Part shown: positions 1-11,252 of the stretch, piece after piece
Layout of the letters: each line of letters starts with the position of its first letter
Position numbering within the stretch: position 1 is the stretch's first letter
From: Camelus ferus
Taxonomy: Eukaryota
Assembly (NCBI RefSeq): GCF_009834535.1
Contig: NC_045696.1
Location: 32,738,001 to 32,802,000, forward strand
Length of the DNA stretch: 64,000 bases
Reading direction: 5' to 3'
Program-made: the position numbers and the translations under genes
Notes under the pieces: model-generated
Seen by the model: only the letters and a program-made list of their open reading frames with translations
Databases searched by the model: none
Told to the model about the DNA's origin: nothing

Positions 1-74
1 TGCGATTTTGCTTTGGCTTGTAGACCTGATATTTGCATTTCGGTTAGTTGTTGACTCAGTGCATTAAATCCCAG

Positions 75-315
75 CAGTATAAGGTAGTATCTTAGAGCGC
101 AGATTTCAGAGTCAGATACACCTGGGATCAAATCCCAAATTTGCTTCTTTCCAGCTGTGCCATAGTCAGCAAGTAATTTGACTTTTCGAAGTTTCAGTTT
201 TCACATCTGCAAGGCAATGATAGCAAAACTTACTTCTTGAGATCATTGCGTGGAAATGTATGTAAAGTACTCAACCCTCATCTCTGACATTTAGTAAGCA
301 CTCAATAAATGCAAG
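75..315 (+). mobile_element. MIR SINE
   Basis: gagtcaga..cctgggatcaaatccca, cagttttcacatctgcaag and tail tagtaagcactcaataaatg. Confidence 0.8.
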
Positions 316-715
316 TGACCTGCCCTTGTGATTTATCCAAAAGTTATGGATTACGTTTTAATTGTTAAATAATACGAAATGTATTTAAACTGTATGTTAG
401 TATTCTTAATTGAGTTATTAACTAAAGCTTAAAGTTAAAAACAACGTACTGAAAGAAAGATACATAGTTCTTAAAAAAATCTGATGCCTTCTGGTATTTG
501 GAATTTGTGCTCTGTGGCTCCTATCTTTTATTCTTTCTTATTCAAGGACTTTAATCATATACTAACAAAATATAACCAATTGTCATTTTCTTTGTTGTAA
601 GTCATATTCATCTAAAGTGTATTGATCATGTAATCATAAATTTATCATTTAGACTTTAACTAATAATAATAACATGACTTTTTTTCTTTTGAGAGGCTCT
701 GTCTAATAATCTAAT

Positions 716-785
716 ATGTTTGTTCTCTTCTCCTTGTGCAATCTTTCCTTGGTACCAGCGGCTGCTTCAAAGAATAAAGTTAAAG
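716..785 (+). CDS. CADM2: Possible alternative first coding exon of CADM2: MFVLFSLCNLSLVPAAASKNKVK
   Basis: ATG 716-718 with A at -3 and an in-frame TAA at 707-709 upstream. Open and in frame with the microexon, using the same donor at 786. Resembles a human CADM2 isoform N-terminus I recall as MFVLFLCNLSLVPAAASKNKVK. Confidence 0.6.
759..785 (+). CDS. CADM2: CADM2 27-nt microexon (phase 1-1), encodes (A)AASKNKVK(G)
   Basis: Polypyrimidine tract, then CCAG (AG 757-758) | CGGCTGCTTCAAAGAATAAAGTTAAAG | GTGAG (786-790). The translation matches my recollection of the CADM2 N-terminus ...LLLQAAASKNKVKGSQGQFPL; 27 nt and frame-preserving. Confidence 0.9.
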
Positions 786-803
786 GTGAGCTCTTGTCCA
801 TTC

Positions 804-974
804 TGCATGATTCACTGTGATTGTCTTCTGCTCAGTCTTCTAAGTCATCTTAAACAATAGAGCCAGTTCTGTTGGTGATGATACCAGCCCAGTGTATAGA
901 CACTAGTTGTACATTGCTCCAGATACAAACATATATTAATTGTTCAGTTTCTGATATATGTCTCTGTTTGCATG
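804..974 (+). promoter_or_regulatory. Downstream RBFOX motifs (TGCATG x2)
   Basis: TGCATG at 804-809 and 969-974, downstream of the microexon donor, the position where RBFOX typically enhances inclusion. Confidence 0.5.
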
Positions 975-2289
975 ATTGCTTATGAGTTTGCTTATTTTCT
1001 TGTTTTATTTCCCACTTTATTCCAAGTGGAATAAGGTGTTTTTATGCCTAAAATTTTGCCTGTTGACTTTAGTTTTCTTGATCAAATTGAGAATTGAAAA
1101 AAATCCAGCATAAAATAAAGCTGATGTAAAGCCTCAAAATTGAACATACCTTCATAGAATTATATGAAAAGAAAATGTTAGTGTTTAGAAATTGAATATT
1201 ATAAACTCCAGTTTTCTATTTATGATGTTTCTTCCATTTCCTAGTTGTGTTAAGTTTGCATTTACTAGAATCCTGAAAATATATTTTCATGAGAGAAGAT
1301 AGGCTCTTCTCATGCCAGAAGAATGTCTCCCTGAAAGAAAAAGACTTTTGACTTGATGTGTCAAAGTCTTTATGGTTTTAGTAGAATTCAAACATATGTG
1401 TATATATATACATGATACTGCATAGGTTTATAGGTTATGTGTTTTTACTTCATGTTCTCTAGAACAATCTATATATTTAAAAAATGTTTTCTCCTTCTTG
1501 TATAGCAAATATATGTATTTCCTTTTTCATTTATTTTTATACAGCAAACTGAAATAACCTTACCAGTCATGTAACTGTTAGCTTAAGTTTTCTTATCCAC
1601 AGAGTGTGATAACAATAAATACTTCAAAAGGTTGTGAGGATTAAGTAAAATATTTAAAACAACAGTAAACTTCTGGCTGCTACTAGTGTTTTAAACAATG
1701 CTAGTTTCCTTTTGCTTCTAACAGACCTGCTTCTTCTTTGAGGAGAATTTTCTGATTCTTTATCATTCAGTATTGTCCTGCCTAATACCTTCCTTTGTCC
1801 TTAGGAGGAATAGCCAGGTGGTTTTGTCTCTTTCTTCCCTTCTCATATGCACATCTACCATAAGGCCACCCTCCAGCCCTGCTCTCCCCCAGGTACTAGT
1901 TTTCACACTACACACAGACTCATCTTGGGAGTGTTAACTGCTCCCTGTTTATAAGACTAAGCATTTAGTGTATAGCTATTATTTTCCTAGCTGTGTATTT
2001 GTTTTATAGAATACTAAAAATGTAAAGAGCAAGATGGCAAATATCTTGTTACCCTTTGTTGAATCCTCCACATCTAGCCTAGTCTCTTTTTCAATAAATG
2101 TGCTAGAAGATTTACGTAGTCCTTGCCGCAGTAATCTTCTGATTGTGGACAAAAATAAATACATTCACAAAACAGTTAAGAAATTACTTGATAATGAATA
2201 CATGTTTAATGAAATATATTTACATAATAAAAATTAAGATGTACAGCTTTAGGAATGAAGAATTAAGAACAATGTATAATATAGTGTGT

Positions 2290-2560
2290 TACTGGTGGGA
2301 TGCAGAACTTGAGTGTCAAAAGATTTAACGAGAGGTATATATTGAGGTATCCTTACTCTTAGAGAATGCTTTATGTGGGAGGTGGGGCTCGAACTGACTC
2401 TTGAAGGATAGGTAGGATAGATATAGAAAGAAAGTAGTTCATGGCAAAAAGAATTTTAAAGTGTAGGTAAAGGTATAGAAGCAGGGATAAGTATAGTTCA
2501 TTTCATATTGTGAGGACACCTTTTGAAAGAAGACCTGTGGTTTTATAAGAGTGGAGAAAA
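2290..2560 (-). mobile_element. L2 fragment (degraded)
   Basis: gaactgactcttgaaggataggtaggat-type antisense L2 motifs. Confidence 0.45.
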
Positions 2561-3189
2561 TAAATTTGATGATGCAGTAGGCAGTGGAGTAATCATGAGT
2601 CATCACTGCATTTTATCATATAAAACCTCTCATAATAATCACATCTATGTTCACTTGACAGTTCTTAAAATCAGTGAACAGTAATTTAAATTATAATACA
2701 CAGGTTACAAAGTATTAAATACAGGAAACCAATTCACCACTGAAGGATTACAGCTATAAATTATATTACAGGTGTCTGTCAAGTCACATCAGGACTCAAA
2801 CTGGCTAGGATTTTGCAATGCAAACATATTTATGTGCCCAATTTAGAGTGTCCCACATCACCATCCCTGTTGTTCCACACCTATCCGTTTTATTTGAATC
2901 TCTTTTTTCTACTTGTATACAAGCCTACAAGGGGCTTTAGGACATAGTTTACCCTATGCGTATATTTTTTCATCTGTAGGGTGTTGTAGAGACAAGAAAT
3001 AACACTTTATAAGATGAACTATGCCTCGAGTAGAAATTGAAAATTTTTCTAACAATTGAGACAGATATATATTATGTAGATAATAGAAAGAACTACTCAA
3101 TGCTTTTATTGTCCAATTTCTATGTCAAGGCAAATGGTTTTCAAACAGGAAAAAAAACATTGGGTACGAGGAAAATAAAACCCAAGATA

Positions 3190-3620
3190 ACACAAGAACA
3201 GATTGCTTAAAACTACTACATTCTCCTGGCCTGAGCAAGGTACATCCCAGGGACTCCAGGGAAGTTTGTAGAGAATCACAGTTCATTCATTTATCCTTAT
3301 GGAATCATGCTAATGTTGGGAAGTTCAGAAACATTAGAGAGAGAAATGGGTTCAGATATTTTTTAAGGAGAAAGAATTACATTCGAGAAACCATAGACTG
3401 GTAAATTTGACATCACCTTCCCAATAAAATTATTAAACTCTAAAGCCAACAATTTGTGGGTACTTAAAGTCAGCAGCTATTAGTAATAGCATAGAAAATT
3501 AACTTAATTTTCTCCCTTTCATTTTTGAAAAAAAATATTGGTTATTATACCAGTATCTGAGGGCAGTAGCATAAACAGAATATATCTGAATGTCATCAAA
3601 TTATGTGTCATCTTTTTTAT
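3190..3620 (+). mobile_element. CR1/L3 LINE reverse-transcriptase remnant
   Basis: tctcctggcctgagcaaggtacatcccaggga...gaaaccatagactggtaaatttgacatc resembles the CR1 ORF2 SPGPD-LHPR and NYRPVSLTS coding regions; heavily decayed. Confidence 0.55.
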
Positions 3621-4429
3621 GCAGAAACTGTCATCCTGAATATCACTAATTATTCTTTAGTGGTTAAAACCAATGTTGATTTCACAATTCTGATATTACT
3701 AATTTTTTTTAAATCTAAATGTACTGTTTCTTTTGATTTTCCATTTCCTTTGGTTTCAGTATCTTTGTACAGACTTAATTTTATTTATAACTGCTCTTTG
3801 CCTCTTTCTTTCTCTCCTTTTCTATCTTCTTCTGAAATACAGGTTTCATTCAGATTATATATTTGATCCTTGAAATCACTTCTCACAGTAATGGTTCAGG
3901 TCTCCACATCCTTTTTGAGAGATGAACTTCGATTCCTACAAAAGTTTTTAAAAGCAGCCATTTTCTACATGATTGTAAATGCACAACCCATGTTCCTCAC
4001 CATTGTTGACTGTTAAGAGAAGGATAAATGATACAATCAAATTCTTCCCTTAAAAAACTTAAAACTGAGAAGGGAGAAAGGAGACAGAGGAAACTGAAAG
4101 GGAACAAGAGAAAGGAGGAGAAATGGGGAATCAATTTTGTTACACTTTGTGGCCATTGTTTTTTGTGTGTAGACTGAATAAGAAGAATTAAGCCTGAGGG
4201 GGGAAAAAAAGAATGAAGCAGGAATATACAAAGAGTGAAAGGTCAAGAGAGTGCCCTCATGGTGCTTAAATCCCTTGTTCTAACATAAGGTTCTATTTTG
4301 TTTTTGTCCTTTGGGTCTTTGACACAACTTTCTTTTAATTAAGCTTTCTATACAAATCTTTCTTGCTTGCAATCAAAATAATAGTTTTATTTTAAATTTT
4401 TTAAGTTGATTTCAGTTATCACCTTTCTA

Positions 4430-4820
4430 GACTTGACCTTACTACTAAGCTCCTATCTGACATTCCCATTACCCTGCTGAACACTTCCACTTGAATATTA
4501 AAGGCTAAAACTCTAATTTTTCTTTGCAAATCTGAACCCTCGAGGTTTGCTGTGTCATCTCATTTGCCTAATTTCCTAGTTTAAGGGACTTGAAACATCT
4601 TGGAGGAGTTAACCCCATAACCAATCGATGATCAAACTGTCCTAATTTTATAGGAATAAAATTACTGTCCTAATTATGTCCTAATTTTACTATGAGAATA
4701 GAAGCATTTGCAAGGATTCCTCTTCTTCAGATCATTCATTCCTCAGAGCTTGCCTGGAGTAGTTTGTAACTTGTCTCCTGCTTCAATTCTCAACACTCTG
4801 CAATCTGTCTTACCTTCATA
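4430..4820 (+). mobile_element. L2 fragment
   Basis: cctgctgaacacttccacttgaatatt...caacactctgcaatctgtct L2-like motifs. Confidence 0.45.
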
Positions 4821-5589
4821 TATCGCAGTGCATTCGTATGTTAACACTACAGTCTATCCTACATTCATATACCCTACATTCATACATCTTATTGATCAAG
4901 GCTTTGCCACATAGAGAAAAAGGTACCTTAGAGTATTACTAAAATTTCTTTAAATAAAATGATTTCATTTCACTCTGTTACAAACTTATAGACTAAATGT
5001 ATCTTAATGATTTATTTTCCAGAATAATATACAATTCATAAATAGTTTTAGTTCAGTAAATATATTTTTATTGTTCAATCTGATTTTTAGACTTTATTTT
5101 TAATTCAAAATTTGACAACTATAGTGGGGATAACATTTTATGCCATTTCTAGAATACCAGATTTTAGATACTACTTGTAATCATTTAATCATAATTTGTG
5201 CTCATATAAAAATTAGTACAATTATTCTGACTTTGTATAAGAATTAAAAGATAATGCAGGACACTCAGCAGTTGAAACTGAGATATATGTAGTTTAGAGA
5301 AGACTCAATTTCAATTTATTCTATTTATGTAATAGTCATACATAATATTATTAAATAAATTATTCAGGTGTGAATAAAAAAGTCTCATATTTGACAAATA
5401 TGACATTTAGTGTGCCTCATTTCCCATCATATTTATACCTTTTGAGGGTGAATTGAAAGGCACATAAGAAATTGAAATTGAGGCATAGCTTCTAACTATT
5501 CTGAGATTTTTTTTCTTACGTGGGGCATCTATATTTCAGTCTGTCCTATGCAATATTCACTATATATTTTGAAGTTCTGTTTTGTAGTC

Positions 5590-6060
5590 ACCTAGGCATA
5601 GGTCAAATCCTGGTTTTTCAGCTTACCTGATTTGAGAAACTGGACAATTGATTAAGTTCATTCAACCTTCAGTTGTGACATTTGTAAGAGATAATATATA
5701 AAAAGATATTAACTGGGAGGAGGTGGGTGGGAGAGGATAAACTGGGAGTTCGAGATTTGCAGATACTGACAGATACATATAAAATAGATAAACAAATTTA
5801 TACTGTATAGCACAGGGAAATATATTCAATATCTTGTAGTAGCTCCCGGTGAAAAACAATATGAAAATGAATATGTTTATTCATGTATGACTGAAAAATT
5901 GTGCTGTATACCAGAAATTGACACAACATTGTAAACTGACTATATAACTCAATAAAAAATATTAAAAAAAAAACAGAAAAAGATATTAACCTAGGAAATG
6001 GTACATAGTAAACACTCAGTAAAATTTACCTATCATTATGGTTGCTATCATTACTACTAT
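5590..6060 (+). mobile_element. MIR interrupted by an L1 3' end
   Basis: ggtcaaatcctgg...gagataatatataaa before the L1 and tggtacatagtaaacactcagtaaa after it join into one MIR. Confidence 0.65.
5714..5976 (+). mobile_element. 5'-truncated camelid-type L1 3' end with 14-nt TSD
   Basis: gataaactgggagttcgagatttgcagatac...ccagaaattgacacaacattgtaaactgac, AATAAA 5951-5956, A-rich tail; TSD AAAAAGATATTAAC at 5700-5713 and 5977-5990. Confidence 0.9.
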
Positions 6061-6869
6061 TATTTAAATAATATTCGTAGAAAATAAAGTGAAACAAAAC
6101 AAAAAGCTATGTAGTTGAAGACAAGTCCCAAACTCCAATTTTTGTATGAGTACCAGCTTATTTCATCTTGATGGTGGCAGTCGTGTGTTTCTATTTATTA
6201 TAACATTAAAATAAACATGTATAATTTAATGTAAATGATCCACCAAATAGATGTATTTTTTTCTTTCTTCACATTTAAATATTAAAATCCAAAGTATATA
6301 AATATCATTAAAGAATTTCAACTTAATGTCAAAAGAGAAAAGTTATAAAAAATATGTCACAGAAAGGTTTATATAATACTTAAAACAAAAATTACTTGCT
6401 TTTATTATCAGTAAAGAAACTGAGGAATAAGGCTATATAACTTTTTTTTGGAAAATATCACTTAACTCCTTTTTTTGAACTATGTGTAGATTTTAATTTT
6501 AAAAATATAAGGACTTATTTAAACTTTTGTGTAACAGCTACAAAATCTTCATCAAAAATAACTCAAGAAACAATTACTGAAGCTTATGTTTGTTTATCCC
6601 ACACAAAGCTCATCTAAGGAAATATGTTGGGAGTGTTAGACATATGTAAGGGAATGTAAAAGCATGTTATGTTTCTGTAACATATTTACTAAGGGAAGGC
6701 ACTGAGATGGTACCTTGTAGAAGGTTGTTTTCTTAATCCAGCTTCTAGTTCATTTCACTTCTCCAGGAAAATTGCTGAAGATGTTGCTCTGTGTGATAGT
6801 GCCATAATGTTTTAAAGATATAATTTATCACTACAACCTTTCCCTAACTTTTAAAAAAGTACATGACAA

Positions 6870-7110
6870 TAATTATAACAGCTAATATTTCTTGAACGTT
6901 TACTATATGCCAGGCATTACAGTAAACATTTCACATGTGCGTTTTCTAATTTAGTCTTCATAAAACTCTTTGAGATGGGTACCAGTATTGTCCTCATTTT
7001 TAAAAGTGAGAAAAATGAAGCAGAGTTAGAAGTTTGTTTAAGTTCACGAAATGAGTCAGAGGCAGGGCAGCAATTCCAAATCTGTCTCCTGAGTTCAAGC
7101 TTTTAATCTA
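6870..7110 (-). mobile_element. MIR SINE
   Basis: acagctaatatttcttgaacgtttactatatgccaggca...gtcctcatttt..gagaaaaatgaagcagag (antisense MIR core). Confidence 0.8.
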
Positions 7111-8869
7111 TTAAAGTTTCTAAAGAGAACAGGTTAATCAACATTGCAGTTGACCTAATCTTTTTCATTTCTTGAAGTGCATTTACCTAGGTCCCATCCA
7201 CCCAGGTAGGAATAGGCCTGGGAATGTGAGTAAAGTAGAATGGTGATGTTATCAGGAACAAATAAATTGGACCTACCTTGCTAGATATATTGGTAAAGAA
7301 AATATTATCCCAATAGACTTGTTTCTCATTGTTTTTTATTCTTTTCCTTCTGGGTTTCTCATTCATTCACCTTATGTTAACCTCACTTACTTTTTTTTGA
7401 GAAAGTGAGGAGATAATTAATTTTCAATAAGATGACTAATGTTCTAGAAAAGCTTTAGGCGTAACTAATATAACATGTTGAACTCAGAAGAGTGTAACAG
7501 GGTTAAAAAGTGTGTTCATGAAAATTTTATTGTGAGATGATTCAGTGGGTCAAAATGTATGTAATTTTACTTGTTTTTAAACTGCAGCTTCATTTGACCT
7601 GGTTTCTGTTTTTTACTTCTCACTGTATTGGGGTTTTGACTGTATTTGCTCTGTGGAGCATCTCAGTACTTACTGTTGTGTAACTGTCCCTCTTCGTGTT
7701 GCAAAGTACAGACTAGTGTGTGTTGGGTTGAAAAGACCATTCTGGATGCTCTATTTGTAAACCTAAAAGAATATTGTTTTTATTTGATTTCATGAAGCTT
7801 CGTTTTCCCCTCTGTTCTTTCTTCTCGAAATGCAAATACAGACTTGCACTTTCCTGTGGACATGTGGATAAACTTAATTCATTTACCACCAAAACAGGGT
7901 ACAGCTTTGTAGAGCAATTAGAAATTAGCTTAAGCATTGCTACTTTAAGTTTATATCCTCATTTCCTTCATAAATAAATCATTGTAATACTTTTTATTCT
8001 ATCTAAACACATCTCATCTGAAAGACAAGATCTTCTGGGACTCAGTTCATTCAGTTGGTTTATGTCATTCCATTATGTTAATAAAATTGATATTTGCTTA
8101 TTCTACAGCTGCTGTGTGGGGCTTTAGAGAGTCTGTAATTAAAATCCCAAGGTTTGTGGCTTCTTACAGGTTTCTAAACAGAAAAAAGTCTATAATAAGG
8201 AGAAATAAAGTGATCAATGTATAATAGGCATTTAAGAGCATTTCACAACAAGTGCTATAAGGCCAACAGTTAAATTACACTAAAAATAAATTTGACTTCT
8301 TTATTTCAAATCAGATAGAGTGATGGTTCCATGTTTTTAGTAGGAAAAAAATCCTTTAACTTGACAGCATAATGTAGCATATTTATCACTAGCAGAGTGT
8401 AATGTTAAAGGCTTTGGAGGTTATCAGAGTACCTGGGTTTAGTATCTCCTCTACGATTTATTTGCTCTTTGTATCAGTAAATTAGGGATAAAAATATCAG
8501 CACTACCTAGACATAGAGTTACAACAATCACAGGAATATATGAAGGCACTTTTAAAACAGCCAACTGGTATCCAGATGTAAATTTAGTAAATAATGCACT
8601 ATCACAGAGCCAGGAACGTGATACTCAGTAATAAATAAATGTGGCCTTTACTCTGATTACCTGTGTCAGTGATCCATGTGCATAGAAAGACCTTGTGATA
8701 AGGATACTCCTTTTATGCTTTTTCTTATTGAACATCTTTGGAAAGGGAGTAAAGCAAATATGTTTCTTAATTTGATAAAGTTTTACTGGATATCTGTACC
8801 TTGCTAAGATATAATAGGGAGGAAATATATATTATATATATTCTTTATTTTTTTTTTTACTTATGGGCC

Positions 8870-10090
8870 ATTCATTCATTCATCCCTTTATCCAACATTG
8901 CCAGAGACTATCACAAATATATCAGTTAAGTTATACACTGTAGTGTGTTTTAATGTGGTAAGTGTTATGAAGAAAAAATAAAGCAGAAAACAGACAGGAA
9001 TGCTTAGGTAGAGTATAGAAGGCAGGCAATTTTAATTTTGAACAGAGATCTGATAAAGGAGACATTTGAGGAGAGAATAATGTTGAGGGACCAAGCCATG
9101 TGGACATCTGGGAGAAACATTCCAAGAAGAGGAATCAGTAAGAGCAAAGGCCTTAAGCTAGTAAGGCACCTAACTTGTTGAAGGAACATTCAACAGCCCT
9201 GGGTGGTGAGAAAAGTCTGAGCTTAGGAGAGTAAATAAGAGAGGAAGTCAAAGAGGGAATGAGGACCCAAGTCATGTAAGGATTTCTGTTTTGCTCCAAG
9301 TGAGATGAAAAGCCACTGGAAGTTTAAGCAGAAGAGAGACATGTGCTGGTGTAATTTTAACAGAATCTGTCTGGATACTCTGGTGAAAACAGATTGCAAT
9401 TATTACCCTTGGAAAGCTTTTTCAAGATAATCAGGGGACAGGTGATGGTAGCAGAACTAACTCATAGCAATGAAGGTGATGAGAAATGGTCTTTTGAAGT
9501 TACACTTAGTAGAATTTGCTGACTGGAAATAGGGCATGATATAAAGGATGAAGTGTAGGATGATTTCCATGCTTTATTTATTTTGCTTTTGCCTGAAGAA
9601 CTGGAAGGACATAGGTACATTTACACTGTGGTGGAGACTTTGGGAGGAACATGATAGAACAGTGGAACTCAGTGAAGTTGGAAATACCTATTAAGCATCA
9701 AAGTGAAGATGACAAGAAGAAATTGGCTATATAAATATGAAATTCAGGAGAAAGTTCTACACTGTAGATAAAAGATGTGAACATTTTTATGTATGAATAA
9801 TAAGTAAAGCTATAAAGTTCGATGAACTCATCTAAGACATCAGTATAGAGTAGAAAACAAAAATCTTAGGACTGAGTTTTCCAGCATGCAACCCTTAAAG
9901 AAATCACACAGATGATGAGATACACGCAAAGGAATCAGAGAAGAAGGAAAAAAGATAAGTGAAAAAAATGTTTTCAAAAAGCAAATGGTGTTCAACTGAG
10001 TTAAGTGTTCTTGGTCAAGAGAACTAGAAACTTACCATTGGATTTAGCAGTGGCAGTCATTGGGAACCTTGGTAATTGTCATTTAGTATA
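8870..10090 (-). mobile_element. L2 (L2a-like) 3' region
   Basis: Begins cattcattcattcatc (reverse complement of the L2 TGAA tail); continues through gagacatttgag, aagccactggaagtttaagcaga and ccattggatttagca. Confidence 0.8.
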
Positions 10091-10384
10091 AAATGCAGAG
10101 ATTAATCAACTATGCACCTAAAGGAATGTAAATCTGCCACTGTGAAACAAAGGTACAATGGTGTAATAATATCTGATTGCAGAGACATATACTGTAGTAA
10201 AATAAGGCTCTGGGGAAGACTTCCTGAAGGAAGTGATGATCAGAGGAGAGCTGAAGAACTAGGCAGAACTAAGTATACAAAGAAGTGAGGAAAGAACTTC
10301 CTAAGTCAAGGTAATGGTAACAGAAAGAAAGCCTATTATAGTCCTTGTGGAGGAATCAGTGGGAGCCAAGGTCAATTGAGAATG

Positions 10385-11252
10385 GATATCAAATCCAAAG
10401 TATCTTTCAAGACCAATGTCAAGAAGCTTACTCCCTATATTTTGTTCTAGGAGTTTTATAGTTTCAGGGTCTTATATTCAAGTATTTAATCTGTTTTGAG
10501 TTGATTTTTGTGTATGTTGTAAGATAGGGGTCCAGTTTCATTCTTTTGCATGTGGCTGTCCAAGTTTCCCAACACCATCTATTGAAGAGACTTTCTTTTT
10601 CCCATTGTATATTCTTGGCTCCTTTGTCAAAAATTAACTGATTACATATGCATGAGTTTATTTATGAGGACTCCATTCTGTTCCATTCTCTTATGCATCT
10701 ACCTTTATGCCAACACCATACTATTTTTATTATGATAGCATTGTAATATAGTTTGAACTCAGAAAGCATGATGCTTCCAGCTTTGTTCTCCTTTCTCAAA
10801 ATAGATTTGGCTATTCAAGGTCTTTTGTGGTTCTATACAAATTTTAGGATTGTTTGTTCTATTTGTGTGAAAAATGACACTGGAATTTTGAGAGGGATTG
10901 TATTGAAACCATAGGTTGCTTTAGGTAATATGGACATTTTAACAATATCAGTTCTTTCAATCCACGAACACAGAATATCTTTCCACTTGTTTCTTCTTCA
11001 CCTTTCTCCATCAATGTCTTAATAGTTTTCAGTATACAGATCTTTCACCTCCTTGATCAATTTATCCCTAGGTATTTTATTATTTTTGATGCAGTTATAA
11101 ATTAAATTGTTTTCTTACTTTCTCTTTCTGATAGTTTGTTGGTATGTAGAAACTCAACTGATTTTTGTGTATTGATTTTGTGTATTGCGACTTTACTTAA
11201 ATTGTTAATTAGTTCTAACAGTTTTTTGATGGAGTCTTCTATATGTAATGTC
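10385..11252 (-). mobile_element. L1 ORF2 internal fragment (L1M-type) within L2 remnants
   Basis: agaccaatgtcaagaagc...ttctaggagttttatagtttcagg...ccaacaccatctattgaagagac...agttctaacagttttttgatggagtct, typical antisense L1 ORF2. Confidence 0.9.

Noticed and set aside
3790..3845. Strong pyrimidine tract with ACAG|GTTTCA
   Set aside because: The reconstituted donor is poor and no good downstream donor defines an exon.
4636..4690. Three copies of TGTCCTAATT; also short tandem duplications at 22706-22740 and 42707-42738
   Set aside because: Ordinary local slippage duplications; no CRISPR-like regular repeat-spacer structure, and this is mammalian DNA.
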